DNA of 49,200 bases. Source: Deltaproteobacteria bacterium. GTDB lineage: Bacteria > Desulfobacterota > Deferrimicrobia > Deferrimicrobiales > Deferrimicrobiaceae. The notes below the pieces were generated by a model that saw only the letters and a list, made by a program, of their open reading frames with translations, made no database searches and had not been told where the DNA came from. The position numbers and the translations under genes were made by a program. The DNA lies in assembly GCA_021802685.1 (NCBI GenBank), contig JAJZRM010000001.1, forward strand, positions 1-49,200, given 5' to 3'. Of the stretch, positions 18,853-27,510 are shown piece after piece (position 1 is the first letter of the stretch; each line of letters starts with the position of its first letter).

Positions 18853-19683
18853 TCAGTACGCGATCGTCCGTCCCGCTCCCAGCGGCCCGACCGCCTCGTC
18901 GCCGAACGTTTCCCTGAAGTACGCGATGGCCTTGTCGCCGGTGCAGTGTCCGCCGCGGAAAGAGAACTCCTTCGACTTGAAGGAACCGGTATACGCGACC
19001 GCCTCCGCCAGGGCCTTGCCGCTCGCGCCGTTCAAGTGCAGGCCACCGACCACGGAGAGCAGTTTGTCGCCGGGGAACCCTTTCCGTACGGCTTTCAGGA
19101 TATTGACGTACCCGGCATGGGCGCAGCCGAAGAGGACGACCAGACCGCGAGGGGTCCTCGCCACCAGCGTGGCGTCGTCCAGGATCGGGCACGGGCCGGT
19201 TCCGTCCTCGTTGAAGAATTTTCCCCCGATCGGGGCGTAGCTCCCGGGTTCGCGGGGGATGTCGGTCAGGAAGTACAGGTCCTCGTCCAGCTTCGCCATG
19301 TTGTTGAGGGGCTTGAAAACGGGATCGGTATACCTGCGGGCCAGGTAGGGCATCCCGCAGACCCGGACCGGTTCCCCGTTCTTCACTTCGTACTGCTTGT
19401 GCCAGGCGTAAGGATGCCCGTACACGGGGGGCGTCCCCTTGAGGCGGGGATGGAACGCCAGGCCCCCGGTATGGTCGTCGTGCCCGTGGCTGATGGCGAT
19501 CCCCGCCAGGCCGTCGAGGGAAAGCCCCATCCGTTCGGCATTCAACAGGAAAACGTCGGTGGTGCCCGCGTCGAGGAGCCATCGGCGGCCGTTGTCCAGC
19601 GTCACGAGGATCGAAACGCCGTGTTCCGCCAGGAACCCGTCGGACGCGGCGGCATCGTCGCAAAGAACAGCAAGCGTAAGCAT
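18853..19683 (-). CDS. MBL-fold metallo-hydrolase (COG1237-like)
   Basis: LAEHGVSILVTL.....LLDAGT..., metal motif SHGHDDHTGGL. ATG 19683 lies 5 nt after the strong RBS AAGGAGG. Confidence 0.8.
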   Translation of the reverse strand: MLTLAVLCDDAAASDGFLAEHGVSILVTLDNGRRWLLDAGTTDVFLLNAERMGLSLDGLAGIAISHGHDDHTGGLAFHPRLKGTPPVYGHPYAWHKQYEVKNGEPVRVCGMPYLARRYTDPVFKPLNNMAKLDEDLYFLTDIPREPGSYAPIGGKFFNEDGTGPCPILDDATLVARTPRGLVVLFGCAHAGYVNILKAVRKGFPGDKLLSVVGGLHLNGASGKALAEAVAYTGSFKSKEFSFRGGHCTGDKAIAYFRETFGDEAVGPLGAGRTIAY

Positions 19684-19812
19684 CCGTCCTCCTTCCCCGC
19701 CGGGGGACTCCATTACATCATAACCGGTCCGCAAGGGGCGTTCCCATCGTTTCCTCCCGCGCCGGAATGGATATATAGTATCGCGAGTGAAAATTTGGAG
19801 CGGGGAGCCGAA

Positions 19813-20889
19813 ATGAATGGACTATCGATGATCGCAGCGATGCTTCCTGACGGGACGGTCGATCCGGCCAACGATCCCGGGCTTTCCGACGGAGATCTCC
19901 TGGCCGTGCACGGGAAGATGACGCTCCTGAGGGCGCTGGACGAAAAAGGGATCGCCCTTCAACGCTCCGGCCGGATCGGGTTCTATGTTCCTTCCACGGG
20001 CCAGGAGGCGTGCGCGGTAGGGGCCGGTTTCCGTCTGCGGGAAGGGGACTGGCTCTTCCCGTCGTACCGGGACCACGGCCTGGCGTTGACGCGCGGATAC
20101 CCCCTTTCCACGCTGGTGGCGCAGCTCTTCGGCAACCGCTCGGACGCGACGCGGGGACGGCAGATGCCGAACCACTGGTGCGACAGGAACATCCACCTGG
20201 TTTCCGTTTCCTCTCCCGTCGCCACCCAGCTGCCCCACGCGGTCGGTACGGCGTACGCGTCGAAGCTTCGGGGCGAGCCCGTCGCGGCGATCACGACCTT
20301 CGGGGACGGCGGCACCTCCACCGGAGATTTCCATGCCGCGATGAACTTCGCGGGGGTCTTCCGGACCCCCACGGTTTTCCTGTGCGAAAACAATCAGTAC
20401 GCCATCTCCGTGCACGTGACGCGGCAGACCGCCTCCAAGTCGTTGGCCGTCAAGGCGCAGGCGTACGGGATCCCCGGGATTCGCGTCGACGGGAACGACG
20501 TCCTGGCCGTGTGCAAGGTCGTAGGGGACGCCCTCGCCCTGGCCCGCTCCGGCGGAGGGCCGACGCTGATCGAGGCGGTCACGTACCGCATGGGCCCCCA
20601 TTCCACGTCCGATGACCCGACCGTCTATCGGTCGGAGGAGGAGGTGGAACAATGGAGGAAGGGGGACCCGATCCGCCGCTACGCCGCTTTCCTGAAGAAA
20701 CGGGGGCTGCTCGACGACGAGGCCGAGGATACCGCGCAGGCCGAGGCGAAGGAAGCGGTCCGCCAGGCGGTTTCCGACGCGGAAATCTCCCCGCCTGTGC
20801 CCGTCGAGAGCCTCTTCGAGGACGTGTACGAGGAGATGCCGAGGCATCTCGCGGAGCAGCGGGACGGCCTGCTCTCCGGGAAGGGGTGA
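19813..20889 (+). CDS. 2-oxoacid (branched-chain/pyruvate-type) dehydrogenase E1 component, alpha subunit (TPP-binding)
   Basis: GFYVPSTGQEA..., TPP motif GDGGTSTGDFHAAMNFAGVFRTPTVFLCENNQYAIS. The track ORF is trimmed to ATG 19813. Confidence 0.9.
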   Translation: MNGLSMIAAMLPDGTVDPANDPGLSDGDLLAVHGKMTLLRALDEKGIALQRSGRIGFYVPSTGQEACAVGAGFRLREGDWLFPSYRDHGLALTRGYPLSTLVAQLFGNRSDATRGRQMPNHWCDRNIHLVSVSSPVATQLPHAVGTAYASKLRGEPVAAITTFGDGGTSTGDFHAAMNFAGVFRTPTVFLCENNQYAISVHVTRQTASKSLAVKAQAYGIPGIRVDGNDVLAVCKVVGDALALARSGGGPTLIEAVTYRMGPHSTSDDPTVYRSEEEVEQWRKGDPIRRYAAFLKKRGLLDDEAEDTAQAEAKEAVRQAVSDAEISPPVPVESLFEDVYEEMPRHLAEQRDGLLSGKG

Positions 20890-20893
20890 CCGG

Positions 20894-21868
20894 ATGCCGC
20901 AAGCCACCCTGTTGCAGGCGATCCACGATACCCTCCACGAGGAGATGGCTCGCGACCCGCGCGTGCTGGTGATGGGCGAGGACGTCGGGCGGGAAGGCGG
21001 CGTCTTCCGGGTGACCGAGGGCCTGATCGACCGTTTCGGACCCGACCGGGTGATCGACACGCCGCTGAACGAGGGGGGGATCGTAGGCATGGCGATCGGT
21101 ATGGCCCTGAACGGGTTGCGTCCGGTCGTGGAGATCGAGTTCGCCGATTTCATCTACCCCGCCTTCGACCAAATCGTTTCGGAACTCGCGAAGTTGCGGT
21201 ACCGGTCCGCCGGGTTGTTCACCGCCCCCGTCGTGGTGCGCGCCCCCTCGGGCGGAGGGATCAAGGGAGGGGCCTACCATTCCCAGAGCCCGGAGGCGTA
21301 CTTCATCCACACGGCGGGACTGACCGTCGCGATGCCTTCCACGCCGGCGGACGCCAAGGGGCTGCTGGCCTCGGCGGTCCGCGGGCCGGACCCGGTCCTG
21401 CTCTTCGAACCGAAGGCGCTCTACCGGACGGTGAAGGGGGAGGTGCCCGAAGGAGAGCACCTGGTGCCGTTCGGGAAAGGACGGATCGTCCGGCCGGGCG
21501 AAGACCTGACGCTGGTGGCGTGGGGTGCGATGGTTCCGGTGGCTTCAATGGCGGCGGACCTCGCCGCCGCGGAAGGGGTGCGGATCGAGGTGATCGATCC
21601 GCGCACGTTGTGGCCCCTGGACATCGCCCTGATCGAGGAGTCCGTGAACCGCACCGGGCGGGCGGTGGTGCTGCACGAAGCCCCCAGGACGTGCGGTTTC
21701 GGAGCGGAGGTGTCCGCGCTGATCCAGGAGCGTTGCTTTCTGCGCCTGAAGGCCCCCGTCGGACGGGTGACGGGGTACGACACGCCGTTCCCGTACGCCC
21801 TCGAAAAGTCGTACCTGCCGGACCCGGAAAAAACCGCATGCGCTGTCCGCGCGGCGATGGAGTTCTGA
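20894..21868 (+). CDS. 2-oxoacid dehydrogenase E1 component, beta subunit
   Basis: VLVMGEDVG..GGVFRVTEGL...FG..RVIDTPLNEGGIVGMAIGMA..GLRPVVEI.FADFIYPAFDQI. Confidence 0.93.
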   Translation: MPQATLLQAIHDTLHEEMARDPRVLVMGEDVGREGGVFRVTEGLIDRFGPDRVIDTPLNEGGIVGMAIGMALNGLRPVVEIEFADFIYPAFDQIVSELAKLRYRSAGLFTAPVVVRAPSGGGIKGGAYHSQSPEAYFIHTAGLTVAMPSTPADAKGLLASAVRGPDPVLLFEPKALYRTVKGEVPEGEHLVPFGKGRIVRPGEDLTLVAWGAMVPVASMAADLAAAEGVRIEVIDPRTLWPLDIALIEESVNRTGRAVVLHEAPRTCGFGAEVSALIQERCFLRLKAPVGRVTGYDTPFPYALEKSYLPDPEKTACAVRAAMEF

Positions 21869-21871
21869 CCC

Positions 21872-22978
21872 ATGGAACTTACGCTCCCGGACATCGGGGA
21901 AGGAATCGCGGAGGGCGAGGTCGTCCGCTGGCTGGTCGCGGAAGGGGCGCGCATCCGGGAAGACGAAATTCTCGTCGAGGTCCTGACCGACAAGGCGAAT
22001 GTCGAGATCCCGTCGCCCGTGAACGGGACCCTCGTCAAGATCGTGGCGCCCCCCGGGCGGACGCTGAAGGTCGGGGAGACGCTCGCCGTCATCGAGCCGT
22101 CGGGCGGTGCCGCCGTCCGCGGCGCGGCACCGGCGGGGGCATCGGCGACTCCCGTCGTCCGGAAGCTGGCGAAAGACCTCGGGGTGGACCTGGAATCCGT
22201 CAAGGGAACCGGTCCCGGCGGACGGGTGACCGAGGAGGATGTGCGGCGGGCCGCCGCACCGGAAAGCGGGGCGCCCTCCGGGCCCCGGGCCCCGGCGGAG
22301 GAGCGCGTTCCTTTCCGCGGAAAACGCCGGATGATCGCGAGGAAGATGGCCTCCGCCAAGACCCGCGTTCCGCATGTCCTCCTGGTGGACGAAGCGGACG
22401 TGACGGGGATCCTTGCGCAGCGGGAAAACCTCCGGGAGACCGCCGGGCGGGAGGGGATCAAGGTGACCGTTCTCCCCTTCATCATCCAGGCCGCCGCCGC
22501 CGCTCTCCGGCTTCACCCCGGCCTCAACGCCTCCCTGGACGAGGAGCGGGAGGAGATCGTCCTCAAGAAGTCGTACGACATCGGCGTGGCCGTGGACACC
22601 GAAGACGGCCTGGTCGTTCCGGTCGTTCGCGATGCCGGCGCACGAACGATCCTGGAACTGGCGAAGGAGATCGAACGGTTGTCGGCGGCGGCGCGCGGCG
22701 GGAACATCGCTCCACGAGACCTGTCCGGAGGCACTTTCACGGTCACCAGCATCGGCTCCATCGGGGGGCTGTTCAGCTACCCCATCATCAACGTGCCGGA
22801 AGCGGCCATCCTGGCGGCCCACAGGATCGTGACCCGCCCCGTGGTCCGGGACGGTGAGATCGTGCCGCGCGAGATGATGTACCTGAGTTTGTCGTTCGAC
22901 CACCGGATCGTCGACGGCGGGGAGGCGACGCGGTTCCTGAACGCCGTGATCCGCCGCATCGAGAACCCGGAAGTCTGA
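21872..22978 (+). CDS. Dihydrolipoamide acyltransferase (E2) with a single lipoyl domain
   Basis: Lipoyl-lysine motif VEVLTDKANVEIPSP. Also a PSBD-like ATPVVRKLAKDLGVDL and the catalytic C-terminus LSLSFDHRIVDGGEATRFL. Confidence 0.92.
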   Translation: MELTLPDIGEGIAEGEVVRWLVAEGARIREDEILVEVLTDKANVEIPSPVNGTLVKIVAPPGRTLKVGETLAVIEPSGGAAVRGAAPAGASATPVVRKLAKDLGVDLESVKGTGPGGRVTEEDVRRAAAPESGAPSGPRAPAEERVPFRGKRRMIARKMASAKTRVPHVLLVDEADVTGILAQRENLRETAGREGIKVTVLPFIIQAAAAALRLHPGLNASLDEEREEIVLKKSYDIGVAVDTEDGLVVPVVRDAGARTILELAKEIERLSAAARGGNIAPRDLSGGTFTVTSIGSIGGLFSYPIINVPEAAILAAHRIVTRPVVRDGEIVPREMMYLSLSFDHRIVDGGEATRFLNAVIRRIENPEV

Positions 22979-22997
22979 ACGGCGGGAGCGGTATTCG

Positions 22998-23981
22998 CTA
23001 CTCCCGGTTCAGGAAGTCGATCAGCTGTCGCAGCCTGCCGAAGCTGCTGCTGTTGAAGTGGAACACGATGCGCGGTAGGCCGGCGACTTCCGGGTCGTCC
23101 GCCTCTTCCGGCAGGGGAGGGCCCTGGCGGAACGACCCGCTCGCGAGGAGATCCCGGAAACCGGCGTTCAACGCCTCGACCGACTCCGGGGGCAGCGGGC
23201 TGCGGATGCGGATCACGAGGGTTTCCCCCACGTACCTCACGCTATGGAAGACCCGGTAATAGCGCCGGATTTCCTGGACGGCCTCCTCGACGCCCGTAGC
23301 GATCCGGAAGAGGGAGAGGTCTTCCCTGGAGATCAAATCCCTGCGCAGGATGTTCTCCTCGATCGACCGCCGCCACGCCGTCCAGTAGTTCCCCCCGGGT
23401 TCATCCACGAGCACCATGGGAAAAGGGTGCGTCTTCCCGGTTTGGAGCAGCGTCAACGCCTCGAACGCCTCGTCCATCGTCCCGAATCCTCCGGGGAAGA
23501 GGGCGATCCCGCTGGATTCCTTCAGGAACAGCAGTTTCCTCGTGAAGAAGTACTTGGTCTGGATCAACCGGGGGTTCCCCGCCATCACCGGGTTGTCCGG
23601 CTGTTCGAACGGGAGGAGGATGTTCACTCCGATCGAGTGCTCCCGGCCCGCACCAAGGTGGGCCGCCTTCATGATTCCCTCTCCGGCGCCGGTGACGACG
23701 AACCACCCCAGCCGGGACATCTTCCGGCCGAATTCGACGGCCATGCGAAAAGCCGGGGAATCGGGGAGGGTCCGGGCGGACCCGAACACCGTGACCTTCG
23801 GGCGGTCCCGAAGGCCGTCGAAGATGCGGAACGCCTGCCGAAGCTCCCGCAAGGCCCGGGAAAGGAGTTTCAGGTCCGCGCGGCTGACGCCGTCTTCCGC
23901 CAGGCCCTCCACCGTTCCGTGCAATTCCCGGATGAGTTCTTCCGCGGTGACCTTATGGTTCCCGTTCCGGGACCTTGTCAT
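22998..23981 (-). CDS. LOG/TIGR00730-family Rossmann protein with N- and C-terminal extensions (327 aa)
   Basis: VTVFGSAR..., VVTGAGEGIMKAAHLGA, PGGFGTMDEAFEALTLLQTGK (PGGxGTxxE LOG motif). ATG 23981 lies 8 nt downstream of the kinase stop. The rest of the 806-aa track ORF is an artefact. Confidence 0.85.
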   Translation of the reverse strand: MTRSRNGNHKVTAEELIRELHGTVEGLAEDGVSRADLKLLSRALRELRQAFRIFDGLRDRPKVTVFGSARTLPDSPAFRMAVEFGRKMSRLGWFVVTGAGEGIMKAAHLGAGREHSIGVNILLPFEQPDNPVMAGNPRLIQTKYFFTRKLLFLKESSGIALFPGGFGTMDEAFEALTLLQTGKTHPFPMVLVDEPGGNYWTAWRRSIEENILRRDLISREDLSLFRIATGVEEAVQEIRRYYRVFHSVRYVGETLVIRIRSPLPPESVEALNAGFRDLLASGSFRQGPPLPEEADDPEVAGLPRIVFHFNSSSFGRLRQLIDFLNRE

Positions 23982-23989
23982 AAAATGGA

Positions 23990-26032
23990 TTATAACCCCT
24001 GGTCGGAATCGGCGGAGGGGCCTTCCCAGGGAAGCAGCAGCCGGATGGCCTTTCCGAGTTCCCCGACCTGGTACGGTTTTGCGATGACCCCGCTGAATCC
24101 GTAATCGCGGTACCTCGACAGGATGGGGTCCTGGGAGTACCCGCTGGAAACGATCACCTTCGCGCCGGGATCGATGTCGAGCAGCTTCCGGACGGCCTCC
24201 TTTCCCCCCATCCCTCCCGGGATGGTGAGGTCCAGGATCACGATGTGGAACGGGATTCCCGCCTTCATCGCCTCGACGTAGGATGCGACCGCCTCCGCCC
24301 CGTCCTTCACCGCGCATCCCTCGTACCCGATCGCATCGAGGATGGCCACCGCGACTTCCCGCACCATCTCCTCGTCGTCCATCACGAGAACCCGCCCTTT
24401 GCCTGCGATCGCACGGGAGTCGCCGCCGGGGATCGACGACATCGGTTTCCGCGACGCGGGCAGGTAAATGGAAACGGTCGTTCCGCCTCCCAGCCTCGAA
24501 TCCACCGAAATCCGCCCGTCGTGGCGCTTGATGATGGAGTACGACGTGGCCAGGCCGAGTCCCGTTCCCTTCGCCTTCGTCGTGAAGAACGGGTTGAAGA
24601 TCTTCGGAAGGTGCTCTTCCGGTATGCCGATTCCGCGGTCCGCGATGACGATCTTCACGTACTCCCCCTTGGGGAGAGCTCCCCCCGGGGCGTCCTCTCC
24701 GGAAACGTTCCGCGCCTCCACGTCGATGATTCCACCTTCGGGCATCGCCTGGGCCGCATTGAGGACGATGTTGTTGATGACCTGGTGGATCTGCCCCGGG
24801 TCGATGTTCACAGGGGAGAGGTCGGGTTCGATCGAGATCCGGCGCTTGACGTTCGACCCCAGGAGGGCGAAACTCGCGGACTCCTCGATGATCCCGGCGA
24901 TGGAGGCCGCCTGCTTGATGGGCGCCCCCCCCTTCGAGAAGGTGAGCAGCTGCCGGGTGAGGCTCTGCGCGCGGATGGACGCCTTCTCCGCCTCCACGAG
25001 GCGCGACCAGGTCGGCCCGCCGGCCTCGATCCCCATCTTGGCGAGGGAGATGTACCCCTGGACGGCGGTGAGGATATTGTTGAAATCGTGCGCGATCCCG
25101 CCCGCCAGGATTCCGATGGATTCGAGCGTGTTCGCCTTGCGCAACTCCTCCTCCATCCGCTTCCTCCCCGTGATATCGCGGAAGATGCCGCGGCTGGCGG
25201 TCGGCTTGCCGTCCTCGAACCGGCAGTTGACGTTGCCTTCGACGACGATCCGCCTGCCGTCCTTGGCGAGGAACGTCGTCTCGATGAACGCGGCGTTCTC
25301 CCCCGACGTCACTTGCCGGAGCACCCTCGTGCAATGGTCCAGGCATTCCGGAGCGATGATGTCGAACACGGAGAGGGCGGCGATCTCCCGTTCCGTGTAC
25401 CCGAGGGATTCCCTCCAAGCGCGGTTGACGTACAGGAAGCGGCCGTCCGGGGACACGCTCTGGATGAGGTCGAGGGCGTTGTCGAAGAAATCCCGCAGCC
25501 GTTCCTCGCTCTCCCGCACCGCCTCATCGGACCGCTTCCGGTCCGTGATATCGCTGTTGCTTCCCCGGATCCCGAGGAACCGGCCCGTTTCGGAGAAAAC
25601 CGGGCGGCAGATGTGGTTGATCCAGCGCGTTTCCCCCCGCCGGGTGACGATGCGCAATTCCACCTGCTCCGGCTGCCGGTCCATTTCCGCCGTCCGGGAA
25701 TGATTCAACCAGGTCTCCCGGTCATCCGGATGAACAATGGACAGGAACATGTCCCTGGATTCGAGGAACTTCGCGGGCGGGTGCCCGGAGATCCGCTCGC
25801 AGGAGGGAGAGACGTACAGCATCTCTCCGTCGGGACCGCGCCAGAAAATCCAGTTGGTGGCGAACTCGGCGAGCGTCCGGTACCGCTCCACCTTTTCGAA
25901 CAACGCGATTTCCGTGCGCTTCCGCTCTTCGATCTCGGCAAGAAGCCGGTCGTTGGCTTCGCGCAGGACCGCCAGTTCCCGGGCGAGGGATTCGGCGGTC
26001 GTGCCGGGATCTTTCGAATGGTCGTTCTTCAA
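23990..26032 (-). CDS. Cytoplasmic hybrid sensor histidine kinase: coiled coil, PAS, PAS, HisKA, HATPase_c, REC
   Basis: Two PAS-like segments (..FWRGPDGEMLYVSPSCERISG.. and ..SVSPDGRFLYVNRAWRESLGY..). H-box GIAHDFNNILTAV. ATPase G-boxes DRGIGIP / TKAKGTGLGLA. Receiver RVLVMDDEE...VILDLTIPGGMGG. No TM segment. The start is TTG and therefore uncertain. Confidence 0.9.
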   Translation of the reverse strand: MKNDHSKDPGTTAESLARELAVLREANDRLLAEIEERKRTEIALFEKVERYRTLAEFATNWIFWRGPDGEMLYVSPSCERISGHPPAKFLESRDMFLSIVHPDDRETWLNHSRTAEMDRQPEQVELRIVTRRGETRWINHICRPVFSETGRFLGIRGSNSDITDRKRSDEAVRESEERLRDFFDNALDLIQSVSPDGRFLYVNRAWRESLGYTEREIAALSVFDIIAPECLDHCTRVLRQVTSGENAAFIETTFLAKDGRRIVVEGNVNCRFEDGKPTASRGIFRDITGRKRMEEELRKANTLESIGILAGGIAHDFNNILTAVQGYISLAKMGIEAGGPTWSRLVEAEKASIRAQSLTRQLLTFSKGGAPIKQAASIAGIIEESASFALLGSNVKRRISIEPDLSPVNIDPGQIHQVINNIVLNAAQAMPEGGIIDVEARNVSGEDAPGGALPKGEYVKIVIADRGIGIPEEHLPKIFNPFFTTKAKGTGLGLATSYSIIKRHDGRISVDSRLGGGTTVSIYLPASRKPMSSIPGGDSRAIAGKGRVLVMDDEEMVREVAVAILDAIGYEGCAVKDGAEAVASYVEAMKAGIPFHIVILDLTIPGGMGGKEAVRKLLDIDPGAKVIVSSGYSQDPILSRYRDYGFSGVIAKPYQVGELGKAIRLLLPWEGPSADSDQGL

Positions 26033-26046
26033 TGCGGTTTCCGTTT

Positions 26047-26072
26047 CGATAGGCGATATCGTTATCGATCGG
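26047..26072. promoter_or_regulatory. Cluster of CGATA/TATCG half-sites (near-palindrome) in the divergent intergenic region
   Basis: CGATAGG-CGATATCG-TTATCGATCGG read directly. It lies in a lower-GC spacer between the kinase-LOG operon and the OMP gene. Confidence 0.3.
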
Positions 26073-26200
26073 CGGATTGCACCCCGCCGTACGTTCTATT
26101 ACGGAAATAATCCGAAAAACTTAAGGGAATTTGCGGACTGCGGAACGGATCCGGCCTCCTTCGGGATATGGAAAGATTATCTCACGATAAAATCTGTACC

Positions 26201-26860
26201 ATGAAGCCGCCTCGATACAAGGGCGTTCCGCCGATCCGTTTTTTCCCGCCGGCCTGCGCGTTCCTGCTTCTATCGGTCCTGCTCCCCGTCAAGGCGGGAG
26301 CGGAAGGGGGATGGGAGATCACGCCGTACATCGGCTACCACGCCGGCGGAAGCTTCGAGGACAATACCACCGGCGCCGGCCTGGATGTAAAGGAGGGGGA
26401 GAGTTTCGGCCTCATCATCGATCTTCCGGACACGGGGGAAACCCAGTATGAACTTTTCTACGGGTTCCAGAGGACGCAGGTCGCCGGCGGGGGGACGTTC
26501 GGTGAAGAGCCCCTGTTCGACCTGGACATCCATTACCTGCACCTGGGTGGAACCTACATGTTTCCCGAGGGGAAGGTTCGTCCCTACGTCGCCGGAGGAT
26601 TGGGGGCGACGCACTTTTCGCCGCGCGGGAGCGGACCGGGAGCGAAGACGTACTTTTCCCTTTCCTTGGGCGGGGGAGCGAAGATCCGGCTCTCGGGCCG
26701 TGTCGGCCTTCGATTGGAGGGGAGGGGGGTGCTGACGATCCTGCCGGACAGCACGGAGATCTTCTGCGTGTCCGGCGGCGGGGCCGCCTGCCGGGTGGAT
26801 GTCCGGGGGGACGTGTTCGGCCAGCTGCTGTTCCTGGCGGGGATCACCTTTTCGCCATGA
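26201..26860 (+). CDS. Outer-membrane beta-barrel protein (OmpA-barrel/OmpW-like fold), signal peptide
   Basis: Signal peptide ..FPPACAFLLLSVLLPVKAGA. Alternating amphipathic strands, aromatic girdle residues and a C-terminal ..LLFLAGITFSP. Start is ATG 26201 or 26168. Confidence 0.6.
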   Translation: MKPPRYKGVPPIRFFPPACAFLLLSVLLPVKAGAEGGWEITPYIGYHAGGSFEDNTTGAGLDVKEGESFGLIIDLPDTGETQYELFYGFQRTQVAGGGTFGEEPLFDLDIHYLHLGGTYMFPEGKVRPYVAGGLGATHFSPRGSGPGAKTYFSLSLGGGAKIRLSGRVGLRLEGRGVLTILPDSTEIFCVSGGGAACRVDVRGDVFGQLLFLAGITFSP

Positions 26861-26926
26861 GACGCGCGGATAAAGATTTTCCACGAAAATCCGATAATCA
26901 AGGAAGGATGACTTGGGAGGGCGGGG

Positions 26927-27334
26927 ATGGCGCTGGTCGCGTGGAACGAGACCTACAGTGTGAAAGTCCGCCAGTTCGACGACCAGCACAGGAAACTCAT
27001 CGACCTGGTCAACAAGCTCCACGACGCCATGAAAAACGGCAAGGGATCGCAGATCCTGAGCGACGTCCTCGCGTCGCTGGCCGCGTACGCCCAGGCCCAC
27101 TTTTCGGACGAAGAACGCCTCATGCGCATCCACGGCTATCCGGGGTTCCTGCCCCATAAAAAAGCGCACGACCAGCTCGTTGCCCAGGTCCGGTATTTTC
27201 AGCGGCAGGCCGAAACGGACGGGAACACGATCACCCTGGGCGTCATGATCTTCCTGAAAGACTGGCTGGTCCAGCACATCCAGGGAGAGGACGTAAAGTA
27301 CGGTCCCTTCATGAACGGCAAAGGCATCGCCTGA
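26927..27334 (+). CDS. Bacteriohemerythrin
   Basis: WNETYSVKVRQFDDQHRKLIDLVNKLH..., HFSDEERLM...YPGF..HKKAHD..., WLVQHIQGEDVKYG (His/Glu/Asp di-iron ligand pattern). Confidence 0.88.
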   Translation: MALVAWNETYSVKVRQFDDQHRKLIDLVNKLHDAMKNGKGSQILSDVLASLAAYAQAHFSDEERLMRIHGYPGFLPHKKAHDQLVAQVRYFQRQAETDGNTITLGVMIFLKDWLVQHIQGEDVKYGPFMNGKGIA

Positions 27335-27434
27335 TCCGACCGCCTTCCTCCCCGCCGGATCGGCTCGACATCGCCCCTCTCCAAGAGTCGAAAGGGGTTT
27401 CACCGGAATAATCGCCGCGGCGGATCGGAACGGC

Positions 27435-27479
27435 ACCGAAGGAAATATAATCAGGATAGGTGAACGTCGTTCCTTCGGT
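27435..27479. promoter_or_regulatory. Perfect 10-bp inverted repeat ACCGAAGGAA-N25-TTCCTTCGGT enclosing a TATAAT hexamer
   Basis: Arms at 27435-27444 and 27470-27479, with TATAAT at 27446-27451. It ends 31 nt upstream of the NmrA-family start. Confidence 0.45.
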
Positions 27480-27510
27480 TCCAACAAGAGGAAACAGGAG
27501 GTAAGGCGAT

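Noticed and set aside
22998-25418. 806-aa minus ORF apparently fusing the LOG protein to a large N-terminal region.
   Set aside because: Upstream of ATG 23981 it reads off-frame through the histidine kinase gene, which has its own clear frame 23990..26032.
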